Program-made: the position numbers and the translations under genes
Notes under the pieces: model-generated
What the model was told of the DNA's origin: nothing
Databases searched by the model: none
Seen by the model: the letters and a program-made list of their open reading frames with translations, nothing else
In this document: one piece after another, positions 12,764 to 23,634 of the stretch
How the letters are laid out: the number at the start of each line of letters is the position of its first letter
Numbering within the stretch: position 1 is the first letter of the stretch
Assembly (NCBI GenBank): GCA_030390025.1
Contig: CM059438.1
Coordinates: 70,744,001 to 70,808,000 of the forward strand
DNA from: Squalus acanthias
Taxonomy: Eukaryota
Direction: 5' to 3'
DNA length: 64,000 nucleotides

Positions 12764-13237
12764 AAGAATTCTATTTTACTTTTGGTACCAAAGAGCATTT
12801 TATTTGCTTAGACCTCATTTTACTCAGTAATATGACCCAAATTTTGGAACAAAATAAAATGCAAGACTCAAAGGTCCACACCATCTGTGGTGTGTTAACA
12901 AGTTGGTAACACATTGAGAGGGTCAAGGTGATGCCATAATTGCAAGTGAGAAGCTCAAACAGGTTATGAACATTATCGCAATGCCAGGCCATAGAAGTCC
13001 CTTGATACACACTTAGATTTCCTGATCAACATTATTTTAGAGCTGGTTGTAACCCTTTAATTTTTAAATAACTCAGATGAAAAAAACCATGCTTCACTGT
13101 TCTTTTGTTTAGAAATGTTTAAAGTTGATTTTGCTGGCATACATTTTCTAAATGTTTTATGAATTCACTATTAATTTTAATCATAACATGCCTGCCAAAA
13201 AATACATTAGATTTTCTGATCTGACAGTACATACACT

Positions 13238-13657
13238 TGTCAAGGCAATGTGATTTTAAAGGTGAAGGCGATTCACATAAGGGTCAAGGCGATTAATTTA
13301 TGGGTCAAGGTGATTCACATAAGGGTCAAGGCAATGCGCTTATAAAAGGCATGTCAATGCACTTATTAGGGTCAAGGCAATGCACTTATTGGGGTAAGGC
13401 AATCGATTTATAAAGCTCAAGGCAATGCGCTTAGTAGGGTCACGGTGATACACTCACAAGGGTCAAAGCACCTTCCTCAAAGGGTCAAGGCGTTGTACTC
13501 ATAAAGGTCAATGCAGTGTACTTATAAAGGTCAGTTATGATGGTCAAAGCAATGCACTTATAAAGGTCAAGGTAATGCATCAAATAAGATGCAAAGCAAT
13601 GTGCTTATAAAGGTCGGGTCTTTGCACTTAGAAAGTTCAAGGCAATGCAGTTAGAAG
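13238..13657 (+). repeat. Degenerate ~23-bp minisatellite, consensus GGTCAAGGCAATGCACTTATAAA
   Basis: About 19 units, mostly 21-24 bp, counted by eye. Confidence 0.9.
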
Positions 13658-15734
13658 AGTTGCTATTCTTCAGCTATTTCTCCTCCTGTGTTAGTCTGCT
13701 TTCCTCTTTTGGAAGGAGGTTTGGGTTTTGAGTAATGAGGCCCTTCATGCAGGGGTGAGTGAAAATACAAAACCATGTACAAATTGACTGCCAGGTACAT
13801 TTTTCTATTTTTTTTGTCAGAGCGGGTGGGCACAGCTTTAAGTTGTAACAGATTCACAACTGAGTTGTAATTTAAACAGAGGTGATATTGTTCAACACAG
13901 TCTGTACAGTTTGCGATTTGTACACTTTGGGATATTGTGATGTATGGCCTTCCCAGTTCCTGGGGATTGCATATCTTGTATATATTATGTAGAGAATACT
14001 AGCTTCCTGGAAGGAAATTACAGAGCACTAATCAAATCGGTGGGTCAGATTACACCCTAAGTGGCGAGCGGTGAGCTTGAACAATTTAGCATCTGATGCC
14101 TGGGATCTGATTACTGCTTTTAATTACCTCCCAGGTATTATTGATGTTGGATATTTTTTCAGTTTTGATAAAGTGTAAAATTTAAAATGCTCCATCCGAC
14201 TGGGGCTTCCAAGTTAACTTCTGTGTGCGTGTGTTTGTGTGATTGTTTGTGTGTGCTTATGCATGTGTGCTTGTGTATGTGCACGTGTGATTGCTGACAA
14301 TGAAAAATATTGGGTTGAAATTGCACTGTGTAATATTAGTAACAGATGCATTTGCATGTTTTTATTAAATTCCGTTGCTATTTTAACAAAGGGGGATAAT
14401 CATATGGACACATTTATGTATGTGGTATTAATGTCGCACAGCACTAGTTTACGCTAATTTGAAACAATAATATCACGGGGTGGGGGTGGGGTTTGCAAAA
14501 CAAAATACACAATTTTGCGACGGATCTGAAATAAAGTTTCAAGTTCTTTTGGTGTGGGAAATTGTGCGGGCGTTGTTGAGCGCTGCTGCATAATATAAGG
14601 CATAAAAATTTGCATAGGATATTGGTATAAGACCTTAAGGTTGAGGTTAGTGGTTGGCCTGAGGGCGTGTTAAGTTCTGCAGGTGGTCTAAAACCTAAAT
14701 CAACATTAATGCCAGGAGTGAGACAGTACGAAGCAACAACAAAATATTTATAAATCTGAGTCTGTAACTCATGACAAAATAAGGGGCTGTATCATGTCCT
14801 GGATTGGCATATGATGTCATGTCATGGTATGACGTGGTATATATTCATATGGTTATTACTCCAGCACGGAAATGTTTCACAACACAAGTGCCTTAATTCT
14901 GCTATGCTGTTTGAGATTGGCATGGTAGAGAAAGTTGATTTTTTGGAAAGTGGATTGAGTGATCTGATGCTTGTTTATGCATCTCCCACACCCCGCATTA
15001 TTAATTCTCCCCTGGAGTTATCAATACTTGAATGGATTTGAGGCAGCCAAAGTGTCTGGAGCAGGAGGCTAGGCTCTGATTGGCAGATTTCTGTCATTTC
15101 TACTATCAAATTCACCTTTGGCAAAATCGACCACAGGAAAAGATTCCCCTTTGCATTTAGTGAAGACACAAGCAAATGCAGTCCTGGTTGTAGTGTTATC
15201 ACATGGCACTGAGCTGCTTTTCATGTCGCACTCCAGCACACCATCAATTTACTGCAACAAAAATTCTATTTATTTTATGGACAACAATGATTTAAAACTG
15301 CATTCGAGAAAAACAGCAGGGCTACTATTTTAAGTGACTTTAATGACTTAGCATTGCAGAGGGAAACCCAGTGTCAGAGCCTGCCCTACTATTTGCAGCT
15401 GCTTTTTGTGACCTGACCAGAGTACTGGATATGGTCAGTCAGATTTTCATCTTGCAGTTTTATTTTTGGTGTTGTAAAATATCAATGTGGTCGATGGTGA
15501 AAATTACATTAGCATTCATCTAATATTTTCCCTTATTCTTTTATGACAGAGTAAATTACACTGATACTTCTAAATATTTAGTTATTACTTCATTTCTACT
15601 TTGGAATATTTCACTCCTGGCATTAATTAATTTTGATTTAGATTTGAGACCACCTGCAGTATTCCCCATGCCCTCAGGCCCACCACTAATGTCAACACAA
15701 CTCAAATAACCTCTGACTCCGTACTAAAGGTCCT

Positions 15735-16309
15735 ACACACACACACTCACACACACCCATACACACCCATACACACACACACTGACATACACACACTCAG
15801 ACACACACACACACTGACTCACCCACACGCATACACACACTCAGACACACACATTGACACACACACGCATACACATAGATGCACTCTCACACACGCACAC
15901 ACACACTCACACACACGCATACACACACTCAGACACACACACATTGACACACACACACTCAGACACACACACGCATACACATAGATGCACTCTCACACAC
16001 ACGCACACACACACATTTAATCGCACACACGCATACACACACTCAGACACACACACACATGCATACACACACTCAGACACACACACACACTGACTCACAC
16101 ACCCGCATACACACACACACAGACACACACACACACATTGACTCACACACACACACACTCAGACACACACACTGACACACACACGCATACACATACATGC
16201 ACTCTCACACACACACACTCAGACACACACACAAACACACACACTGACTCACACACCCGCATACACACAGATGCACTCTCACACACACACACACACACTC
16301 AGACACACA
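15735..16309. repeat. (CA)n-rich compound microsatellite, left part
   Basis: CA-rich array with recurring higher-order units such as CTCAGACACAC and GCATACACATAGATGCACTCT. Continues at 21367-21471. Confidence 0.95.
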
Positions 16310-16702
16310 GGGGGGAATTTTTCGGGGGGTCAGCAAACGCATTTGGAGTCGGGTCGAGTGGGATAAAAAATTTCTTTGACAGCAGTTAGGGAACCTGCTG
16401 TCAACCCACCTCCACGCTAGTCTTCCAGATGTCGGGTCTGTCATTGCTGAATAGACCCAACACCAAGCAGCGGGGGAGGCAATTTAGATCATTCGAGAGA
16501 TTGTTAAGAGCCAATTAAGTAGTATTTTATGCTTACCTTTCAATTTTACGTGTTTCCCCCACGGGTTACACGTTGCTCAGGGATCACATCAGCTCAGCAG
16601 GTCTTGAGTGCATAGAAGCATAGAAGATAGGAGCAGGAGTAGGCCATTCGGCCCCTCGAGCCCGCTCCGCCATTTAATGAGATCATGGCTGATCATCCAA
16701 AT

Positions 16703-19506
16703 TCAGTACCCTGTCCCTGCTTTCTGCCCATATCCCTTGATCCCTTTAGCCTTAAGAAATATATCTAACTCCTTCTTGAATATATTTAATGAATTGGCCT
16801 CAACTGCCTTCTGTGGTAGAGAATTCCACAGGTTCACTACTCTATGGGTGAAGAAATTCCTCCTCATCTCAGTCCTAAATGGCTTACCCCTTATCCTTAG
16901 ACTGTGACCCCTGGTTCTGGACTCCCCCGCCATCGGGAACATCCTTCCTGCATCTAGTCTGACTAGTCCTGTTAGAATTTTATAAGTTTCAATGAGATCC
17001 CCTCTCATTCTTCTAAACTCTAGCGAATATAAGCCTAATCGACCCATTCTCTCTTCATACGTCATTCCTGCCATCCCAGGTATCAGTCTGGTAAATCTTC
17101 GCTGCACTCCCTCCATGGCAAGAACATCCTTCCTCAGATAAGGCGAACAAAACTGCACACAATACTCAAGGTGTGGTCTCACCAAGGCCCTGTACAACTG
17201 CAGCAAAACATCCTTGCTCCTGTACTCGAATCCTCTCGCTATGAAGGCCAACATACCATTTGCCTTCTTAACCGCCTGCTGCACCTGCATGCTTACCTTC
17301 AGCGACTGGTGCACAAGGACTCCCAGATCTCGTTGCACTTCCCCTTTTCCCAATCTATTGCTGTTCAGATAATAATCTGTCTTCCTGTTTTTGCCACCAA
17401 AGTGGATAACCTTGCATTTATCCACATTATACTGCATCTGCCCAATCACCCAACCTGTCCAAATCATACTGGAGTTTCTCTGCATGCTCCTCACAGCACA
17501 CACGCCCACCCAGCTTTGTGCCGTCTGCAAACTTGGAGATATTACATCTAGTTCCCTCGTCTAGATCATTTATATATATTGTGAATAGCTGGGGTCCTAG
17601 CACCGATCCCTGCGGTACCCCACAAGTCACTGCCTGCCACTCGGAAAAAGACCCATTTATTCCAATTCTTTGCTTCCTGTCTGCCAACCAGTTCTCTATC
17701 CAAGACAGTACCTTACCCCCAATCCCATGTGCTTTAACTTTGCACGCTAATCTCTTATGCGGGACCTTATCGAAAGCCTTCTGAAAGTCCAAATACACCA
17801 CATCCACTGGTTCTCCCTTATCTATTCTACCAGTTACATCCTCAAAAAATTCCAGTAGATTAGTCAAGCATGATTTACCTTTTGTAAATCCATGTTGACT
17901 TTGTCCGATCCTGTCTCTGTTTTCCAAGTGTTCTGCTATTACATCTTTTATAATGGACTCTAGCATTTTCCCCACTACCGATGTCAGGATTCCCCATTTT
18001 CTCTCAACCACCTTTTTTAAATAGTGGGGTTACATTAGCTACCCTCCAATCCATGGGAACTGTTCCAGAGTCTATAGAATTTTGGAAGATGACCAGCAAT
18101 ACATCTACTATTTCTAGGGCCACTTCCTTAAGTACGCTAGGATGTAGATTATCAGGCCCTGGGGATTTATCGGCCTTCAATCCCATCAATTTCCCTAACA
18201 CCATTTCCCTACAAATACTGATTTCATTCAGTTCCTCCCTCTCATTAGACCCTATGTTCCCCGACATCTCTGGGAGTTTATTTGTGTCCTCCTTTGTGAA
18301 GACAGAACCAAAGTATGTATTTAATTGGTCTGCCATTTCTTTGTTCCCCATTATAAATTCCCCTGATTCTGACTGCAAGGGACCTACGCTTGACTTCACC
18401 AATCTTTTTTTCTTCACATATCTATAGAAGCTTTTACAGTCAATTTTTATGTTCCCTGCAAGCTTACTCTCATATTCTGTTTTCCCCCTCTTAATTAATC
18501 CCTTTGTCCTCCTTTGTTGAATCCTAAACTGCTCCCAATCCTCAGGTTTGCTGCTTTTTCTGGCCAATTTATATGTCCTCTCCTTGGATCTTATGCTATC
18601 CCTAATTTCCCTTGTTAGCCACGGTTGAGTCACCTTTTTTGTTTTATTTTTATGCCAAACAGGGATAAACAAATTCTGTAGTTCATCCATGCGATCTTTA
18701 AATGTTTGCCATTGCCTATCCACCGTCAACTCTTTAAGTAACGCTCCCCAATCCATCCTAGCCAACTCGCGCCTCATACCATCGTAATTTCCTTTATTTA
18801 AATTCAGGACCCTAGTCTCTGAGTCAACTACTTCACTCTCCATCTTAATGAAGAATTCTATCATATTGTGATCGCTCCTCCCCAAGGGGCCTTGCACAAC
18901 AAAATTGCTAATTAATCCTTTCTTATTACATAATACCCAGTCTAAGATGGCCTGATCTCTAGTTGGTTCCTCGACATATTGGTCCAGGAAACCATCCCGT
19001 ATACACTCTAGGAATTCCTCCTCCACAGTATTGTTATTAATTTGGTTAGCCCAATCTATATGTAGATTAAAGTCACCCATGATAACTGCTGTGCCCTTAT
19101 TGCACGCGTCTCTAATTTCCCATTTAATGCCATCCCCAACCTCAGCATTACTGTTTGGGGGTCTGTATACAACTCCCACTAACATTTTCTGTCCCTTGGT
19201 ATTTCTCAGCTCTACCCATACAGATTCCACATCATCAAAGCTAATATCCTTCCTTACTATTGTGTTACTCTCCTCTTTAACCAGCAATGCTACCCCACCT
19301 CCTTTTCCTTTTTGCCTGTCCTTCCTGAATATTGAATACCCCTGGATGTTGAATTCCCAGCCTTGGTCACCCTGGAGCCATGTCTCCGTAATCCCAATTA
19401 TATCGTATCCGTTTACATCTATTTGTGCAGCTAATTCATCCACCTTATTATGAATGCTCCTCGCATTAAGACACAAAGCCTTCAGGCTTGTTTGTTTTTT
19501 TAACAC
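16703..19506 (-). pseudogene. CR1 ORF2 (AP endonuclease + reverse transcriptase), disrupted
   Basis: 18004..19506 carries NARS, GITETW, GGGV, VYRPP, MGDFN and SDH endonuclease motifs. 17427..18011 carries YLDFQKAFDKV, GVPQGSVLGP and FADG (FADD mutated). 16703..17530 is the C-terminus. Frameshifts near 17440 and 17990. Confidence 0.95.
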
Positions 19507-19670
19507 TCTTAGTCCTTTTAGAATTATTATTTACTGTAGTCCTGTTTGATTTACACCCTTGATTTCTCTGCCTTCCACTTTTGCTTTTCTCCTTCCTGTC
19601 TTTTGCTTCTATCCTTGCTTCCCTTTCCTCTGTTTCCCTGCACAGGTTCCCAACCCCCTGCCATTTTAGT

Positions 19671-20009
19671 TTAAACCCTCCCCAACAGCACTAGCAAACA
19701 CTTCCTGGGACATCGATCCCGGCCCTGCCCAAGGTGCAAACCGTCCAGTTTGTACTGGTCCCACCTCCCCCAGAACCGGTTCCAATGTCCCAGGAATTTG
19801 AATCCCTCCCCCTTGCACCATTCCTCTAGCCACGTATTCATCTGAAATATCCTTCTATTTCTACTCCGACTAGCACGTGGCACTGGTAGCAATCCTGAGA
19901 TTACTACCTTTGAGGTCCTATTTTTTAATTTACCTCCTAACTCCCTATATTCAGCTTTTAGGACCTCATCCCGTTTTTTACCTATATCATTGGTACCTAT
20001 ATGCACCAC
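19671..20009 (-). pseudogene. CR1 ORF1 3' part, SGNH/GDSL esterase-like domain
   Basis: VHIGTND (GxND block) and DGLHL (DxxH block) motifs directly upstream of ORF2. Confidence 0.85.
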
Positions 20010-21366
20010 GACAACTGGCTGTTCCCCCTCCCCCTCCAGAATGCCCTGCAGAGTGGATTCAGCATTGAATTATCTGATTACTTGACAGCTGTAAAAGTGG
20101 TGTAAAAGCTCCCAACTCACAACTGTTCACTTTCCAAGTTAAGAAGCTGTTGGTTACTGCATTTGGAAGACATATTGAGCTTTATGCAGCTAGCAAGTTT
20201 TGGAGCCCACTCTCTATCCAGTGCCACCTCATTGGAACAACCTCTCTCACCATTGACAGATTGCTTCTGTCATCTCAACCTCGCCTGCCATCTATTCCAT
20301 CAGCATCGGTGCCCTTGAAACCATCTCAACTTCGTCCTCAGTATCCCACCACAATCAGCCCCAACACCAGCAGCACCAGGCACACCAGCAGCACCAACAA
20401 CAACACCAACCTTCTCGGCAATCACTTGATGCTGCACAGGACACAGGGCATCAGCACCCGACCATATTGCTGCCCAGGATGCCAGGGATGGTCTCACCAT
20501 GGCCATATTTACTTCACTTGATGCTGTACACCCTGGCTGCAACAAGATGCGCCAGGTTGGCACCACCCCACACCAGCACCATAAAGCATCCCTACAATGC
20601 CCAAGCCATTCCTTTTACACTCATTGCTATTGCGGGGGGTACCGTTATGTCTCACCATTCACTACAACTCACTAAGCTACTTCCAAAGGTGCACACAAAT
20701 CTGTCCAAGAACGCAAAGTGTTGAAAATAAAGATTTCAATGTTTGACAGCACATTAACAGAAACTTCACATGAACATTGGCTAAAACACACAAGTGTCTA
20801 CCCTTGTGTGTTGTTAGTGGGTATGATTGGACTAGGATGAGGGAGAGTGTGAGGGGTGGCTAGTGAGATGGGGATGTGATAATGTAGATAGAGAGGGATG
20901 GGTGGAGGTGTAAGGTAAGTTGGTGTGAGTAAGGATGTGCAGGAGTAGGGTAGGGAAGGCAGAGTGATGGGGATGTGATGAGAGGCACAGTAGGATGAGG
21001 TTGAGTGTGGCTTTGCAGTAACGTTTCGTGATCTATTGAGATCATTGAAAGGTTTGCGCCACTGCAGCCTGGTCCTCCTGACAACATCCATGCTTGTGTC
21101 CTCCTGTGCAATGTGCAACCAGGCTGCGTTGGCCTCCTGGGGAGGACTCTTCCGCCCATGGAAAGGGAAGAGGACCTCCCCATATGGTCCCTTTAAGGAA
21201 ACCGGACCCGCTTCCTTCAATTGGCCGTGAAACGCCCTGGGCGGGCTTAACAAGCCCAATCAACGAAAAATCTTTTCACAGAGCAGGATGGAGCCAGCAG
21301 CGGGGTCGCACCCCCATCACCGACCCCGGCCGCACCTGACCCGCCTCGGTAGGCGAAATCGCAGCC

Positions 21367-21395
21367 ACACACTCAGACATACACTCACACTGACT

Positions 21396-21431
<36 letters not shown>

Positions 21432-21471
21432 CAGACGCACTCCCTCACACACACACACACACACACACACA
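21367..21471. repeat. (CA)n microsatellite, right part
   Basis: Same unit types as 15735-16309. Confidence 0.9.
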
Positions 21472-21538
21472 GACCAAATACTACATACCCTAAAAGGATC
21501 TTATGCCTTCATAGTGCCATCAACTTTTTCAACCTAAT

Positions 21539-22278
21539 GGGCCAGAATTTACTGTAATCGGCGAATGAATGGCCCCCGCTGTTCGTTAGACTTGCTCTTG
21601 CCCGTTTAATGTCCATGTGCTTTTGCATGGCAAGTGGCTGCAAGTGGGGGATGAAAATGGCGCAGCGCATTTGGGATCTGTGTGAACAGGGAAAATCAAC
21701 AATCAGATTGAAGAATCATTAATGAGGAGCGCAGAGTCTCATCCAGGAAACAAAAGTTACAATAGTGAATGCAATGTCAAATCAGATACAGAAAGCAAAA
21801 TAAAGAGAGAGAAAGAAAACATGGATTAAGAGAGAGATAAGAGAGACAGAAAGAAAAAGTAAAAAAAGTAATTTAAAAAAATCTCCAACAACAATTAAAA
21901 GCTGAAGGAATGAGACTCTACACTTGTAAAGTTAATTTTCAGTGCCAGTGTGTTTGTTTGCAGTAATTAAGATTTATGCCATTAAAAAGCGTACTTAGAC
22001 TAGAATGGACAAGATTTAACTTTCTGTGGTGAGTTTAGTTTGTATCTACCATGCAAGTACAGGAACGTCGCAGCACTCAATACATTTGAATGGGGAGCCA
22101 AGCGATAAGATGCCGTTTTCGCGCAGCTGATGTAGCAGTGGCGCATCTCCGGCAGCAGCTTCCGGATTTTTGCATTTAACCACACAGCTGTGCTCGCCTG
22201 AAGTTGCTGTGCGATTTGTGCATAAATATCGGTGAGCACCATTAGCCTCACTGTTACTTTTACAGTAAATTCTAGTCC
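21539..22278. mobile_element. Harbinger-like MITE (family C), copy 1
   Basis: 19-bp TIRs GGGCCAGAATTTACTGTAA / TTACAGTAAATTCTAGTCC and 3-bp TSD AAT. Related to 32358-33131. Confidence 0.85.
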
Positions 22279-22314
22279 AATATCTTTTCTCCACTGTTAC
22301 AAAGAACATGTCAT

Positions 22315-22655
22315 GTTGGAAGGAAGAATGAGGAGAGACAATATAAACTAAATGGTACAATTGTAAAGGGGGTGCAGGAATAGAGAGAACTGGGGGTTTC
22401 GTACTGAAATCTTTGAAGGTGGCTGGATGAGTAGATAAGGCTGTTTTAAAAAAAAACCTGCAGGATCCTTTGCTTTATAAATAGAGGCATAGAGTACAAA
22501 AGCAAGGAAGCTATGCTAAACCTTTATAAACCACTGATTAAGCCTCAGCTGGAGTATTGTGTCGAATTCTAGGTACCATACTTTTCGAAGGATGTCAAGG
22601 CCTTGGAAAGGGTGCAGAGGAGATTTACTAGAATGGTAGCAGGGATGCGGAACTT
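22315..22655 (+). mobile_element. Old CR1 RT fragment, resuming at 23635-23670 and inverted at ~23671-23766
   Basis: CTGGAGTATTGTGTC...GGTGCAGAGGAGATTTACTAGAATG are CR1 ORF2 motifs. Confidence 0.75.
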
Positions 22656-22657
22656 TG

Positions 22658-23634
22658 AAAGCTTGGTGTGAAAATTTAAGTGCAACTTCATCTGTATGAG
22701 TGGCAGGACAAATTTATACAACTGCCGATTCTTACTGGTCGCATTGCAAACTTTATTTTTTTTTATTGAAGCAATGATAAGTAATTTGTAATATCAGACA
22801 TAATATAAATGTATTACCGGTCGGTCACTATTTGAACACTCTTCTGAGTGTCTAAATTCTTCGCAGGCCATTTGGTGAGAGTACCCTTTACATCTGCGTG
22901 GGTTTCCTCCGGGTGCTCCGGTTTCCTCCCACAGTCCAAAAATGTGCGGGTTAGGTTGATTTGGCTATGATAAATTGACCCTTAGTGTTAGGGGGGATTA
23001 AATATGTGGGGTTATGGGGATAGGATGGGATATGTTAGGGGGAATTAAATATGTGGGGTTACGGGGGTAGGGTGGGATATGTGTACTGTGGGGATTAAAG
23101 CAGGGACAGGGTACTGGATTTGGATGATCAGCCATGATCGTATTGAATGGCGGAGCAGGCTCGACGGGCCGAATGGCCTACTCCTGCTCCTAGATTCTAT
23201 GTTTCTATGTTTCTATCATCATCACTGGGTCCCTCTGTAATTTGGCTTGAATCTTGGAAGTGATATTCGAGCCTGATCGATTTTAGGGCCTGTATTTCTG
23301 AAGTGAAAGTTTAGTGCTTGTCAATGATATAGAGCGGTTCAGGATACACACGGGATAACTGAGGTTTCTGATTTTAGGATGAAACCCAGTTATCCTGATT
23401 TTTCCCTCCCAAAAGACAAGTTAGGATTAAACCGGATAAGAGGTGGAAATGTCATTGTTGGCGCTGCACTTCTGGTGTGACGCTCTTGTAGCTGCTTTTT
23501 CCTATTGGTGCAGCAAGCACTTCATCTACTCCCCATATTTGATGGGCAGCATTGACGTATAGCTCCTTTAAATAGCTGGGGAGGAAGTGCTGAGGCACTT
23601 ATTTATTTAAAGCAATTTATTTCCTTTTAAATTG
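22658..23634 (+). repeat. Duplicated segment copy 2, interrupted by a V-SINE
   Basis: Matches 10721-11384 apart from the insertion at 22895-23214. Confidence 0.95.
22895..23214 (+). mobile_element. 5'-truncated V-SINE (HE1-like) with CR1-derived 3' tail
   Basis: V-domain TGCGTGGGTTTCCTCCGGGTGCTCCGGTTTCCTCCCACAGTCCAAA, an internal ~47-bp tandem duplication and a (TTCTATGT)n tail. Adds an extra ATC relative to the empty site near 10955. Confidence 0.9.

Larger units (their letters stand above)
16611..20050 (-). mobile_element. CR1 LINE (HER1-like), 5'-truncated within ORF1, with 5-bp TSD GAGTG
   Basis: 3' (TTCTATG)n-like tail at 16611. GAGTG at 16606-16610 and 20051-20055. ORF1 and ORF2 remnants are listed separately. 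Confidence 0.95.
16310..21366. mobile_element. Internally deleted PIF/Harbinger element split by a CR1 insertion
   Basis: Left end GGGGGGAATTTTT, right end GAAATCGCAGCC. Myb/SANT remnant on the minus strand at ~21020-21185 (EVLFP.HGRK.PPQ....AW..IAQE......RT.LQ.RK.FNDL) is homologous to 58272-58511. The CAG/CAC-rich tract at 20360-20460 resembles 55910-56010. Confidence 0.8.

Noticed and set aside
13238..13657. CRISPR-like array (also considered for 34112-34292)
   Set aside because: The context is a vertebrate genome with no cas genes. The units are degenerate and lack invariant repeats with uniform unique spacers.
15854..16444. His/Thr- and Cys/Val-rich ORFs
   Set aside because: They are translations of the (CA)n microsatellite.
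17981..18427. Plus-strand ORFs here and at 19031..19453 and 61288..61842
   Set aside because: Antisense shadows of CR1 ORF2.
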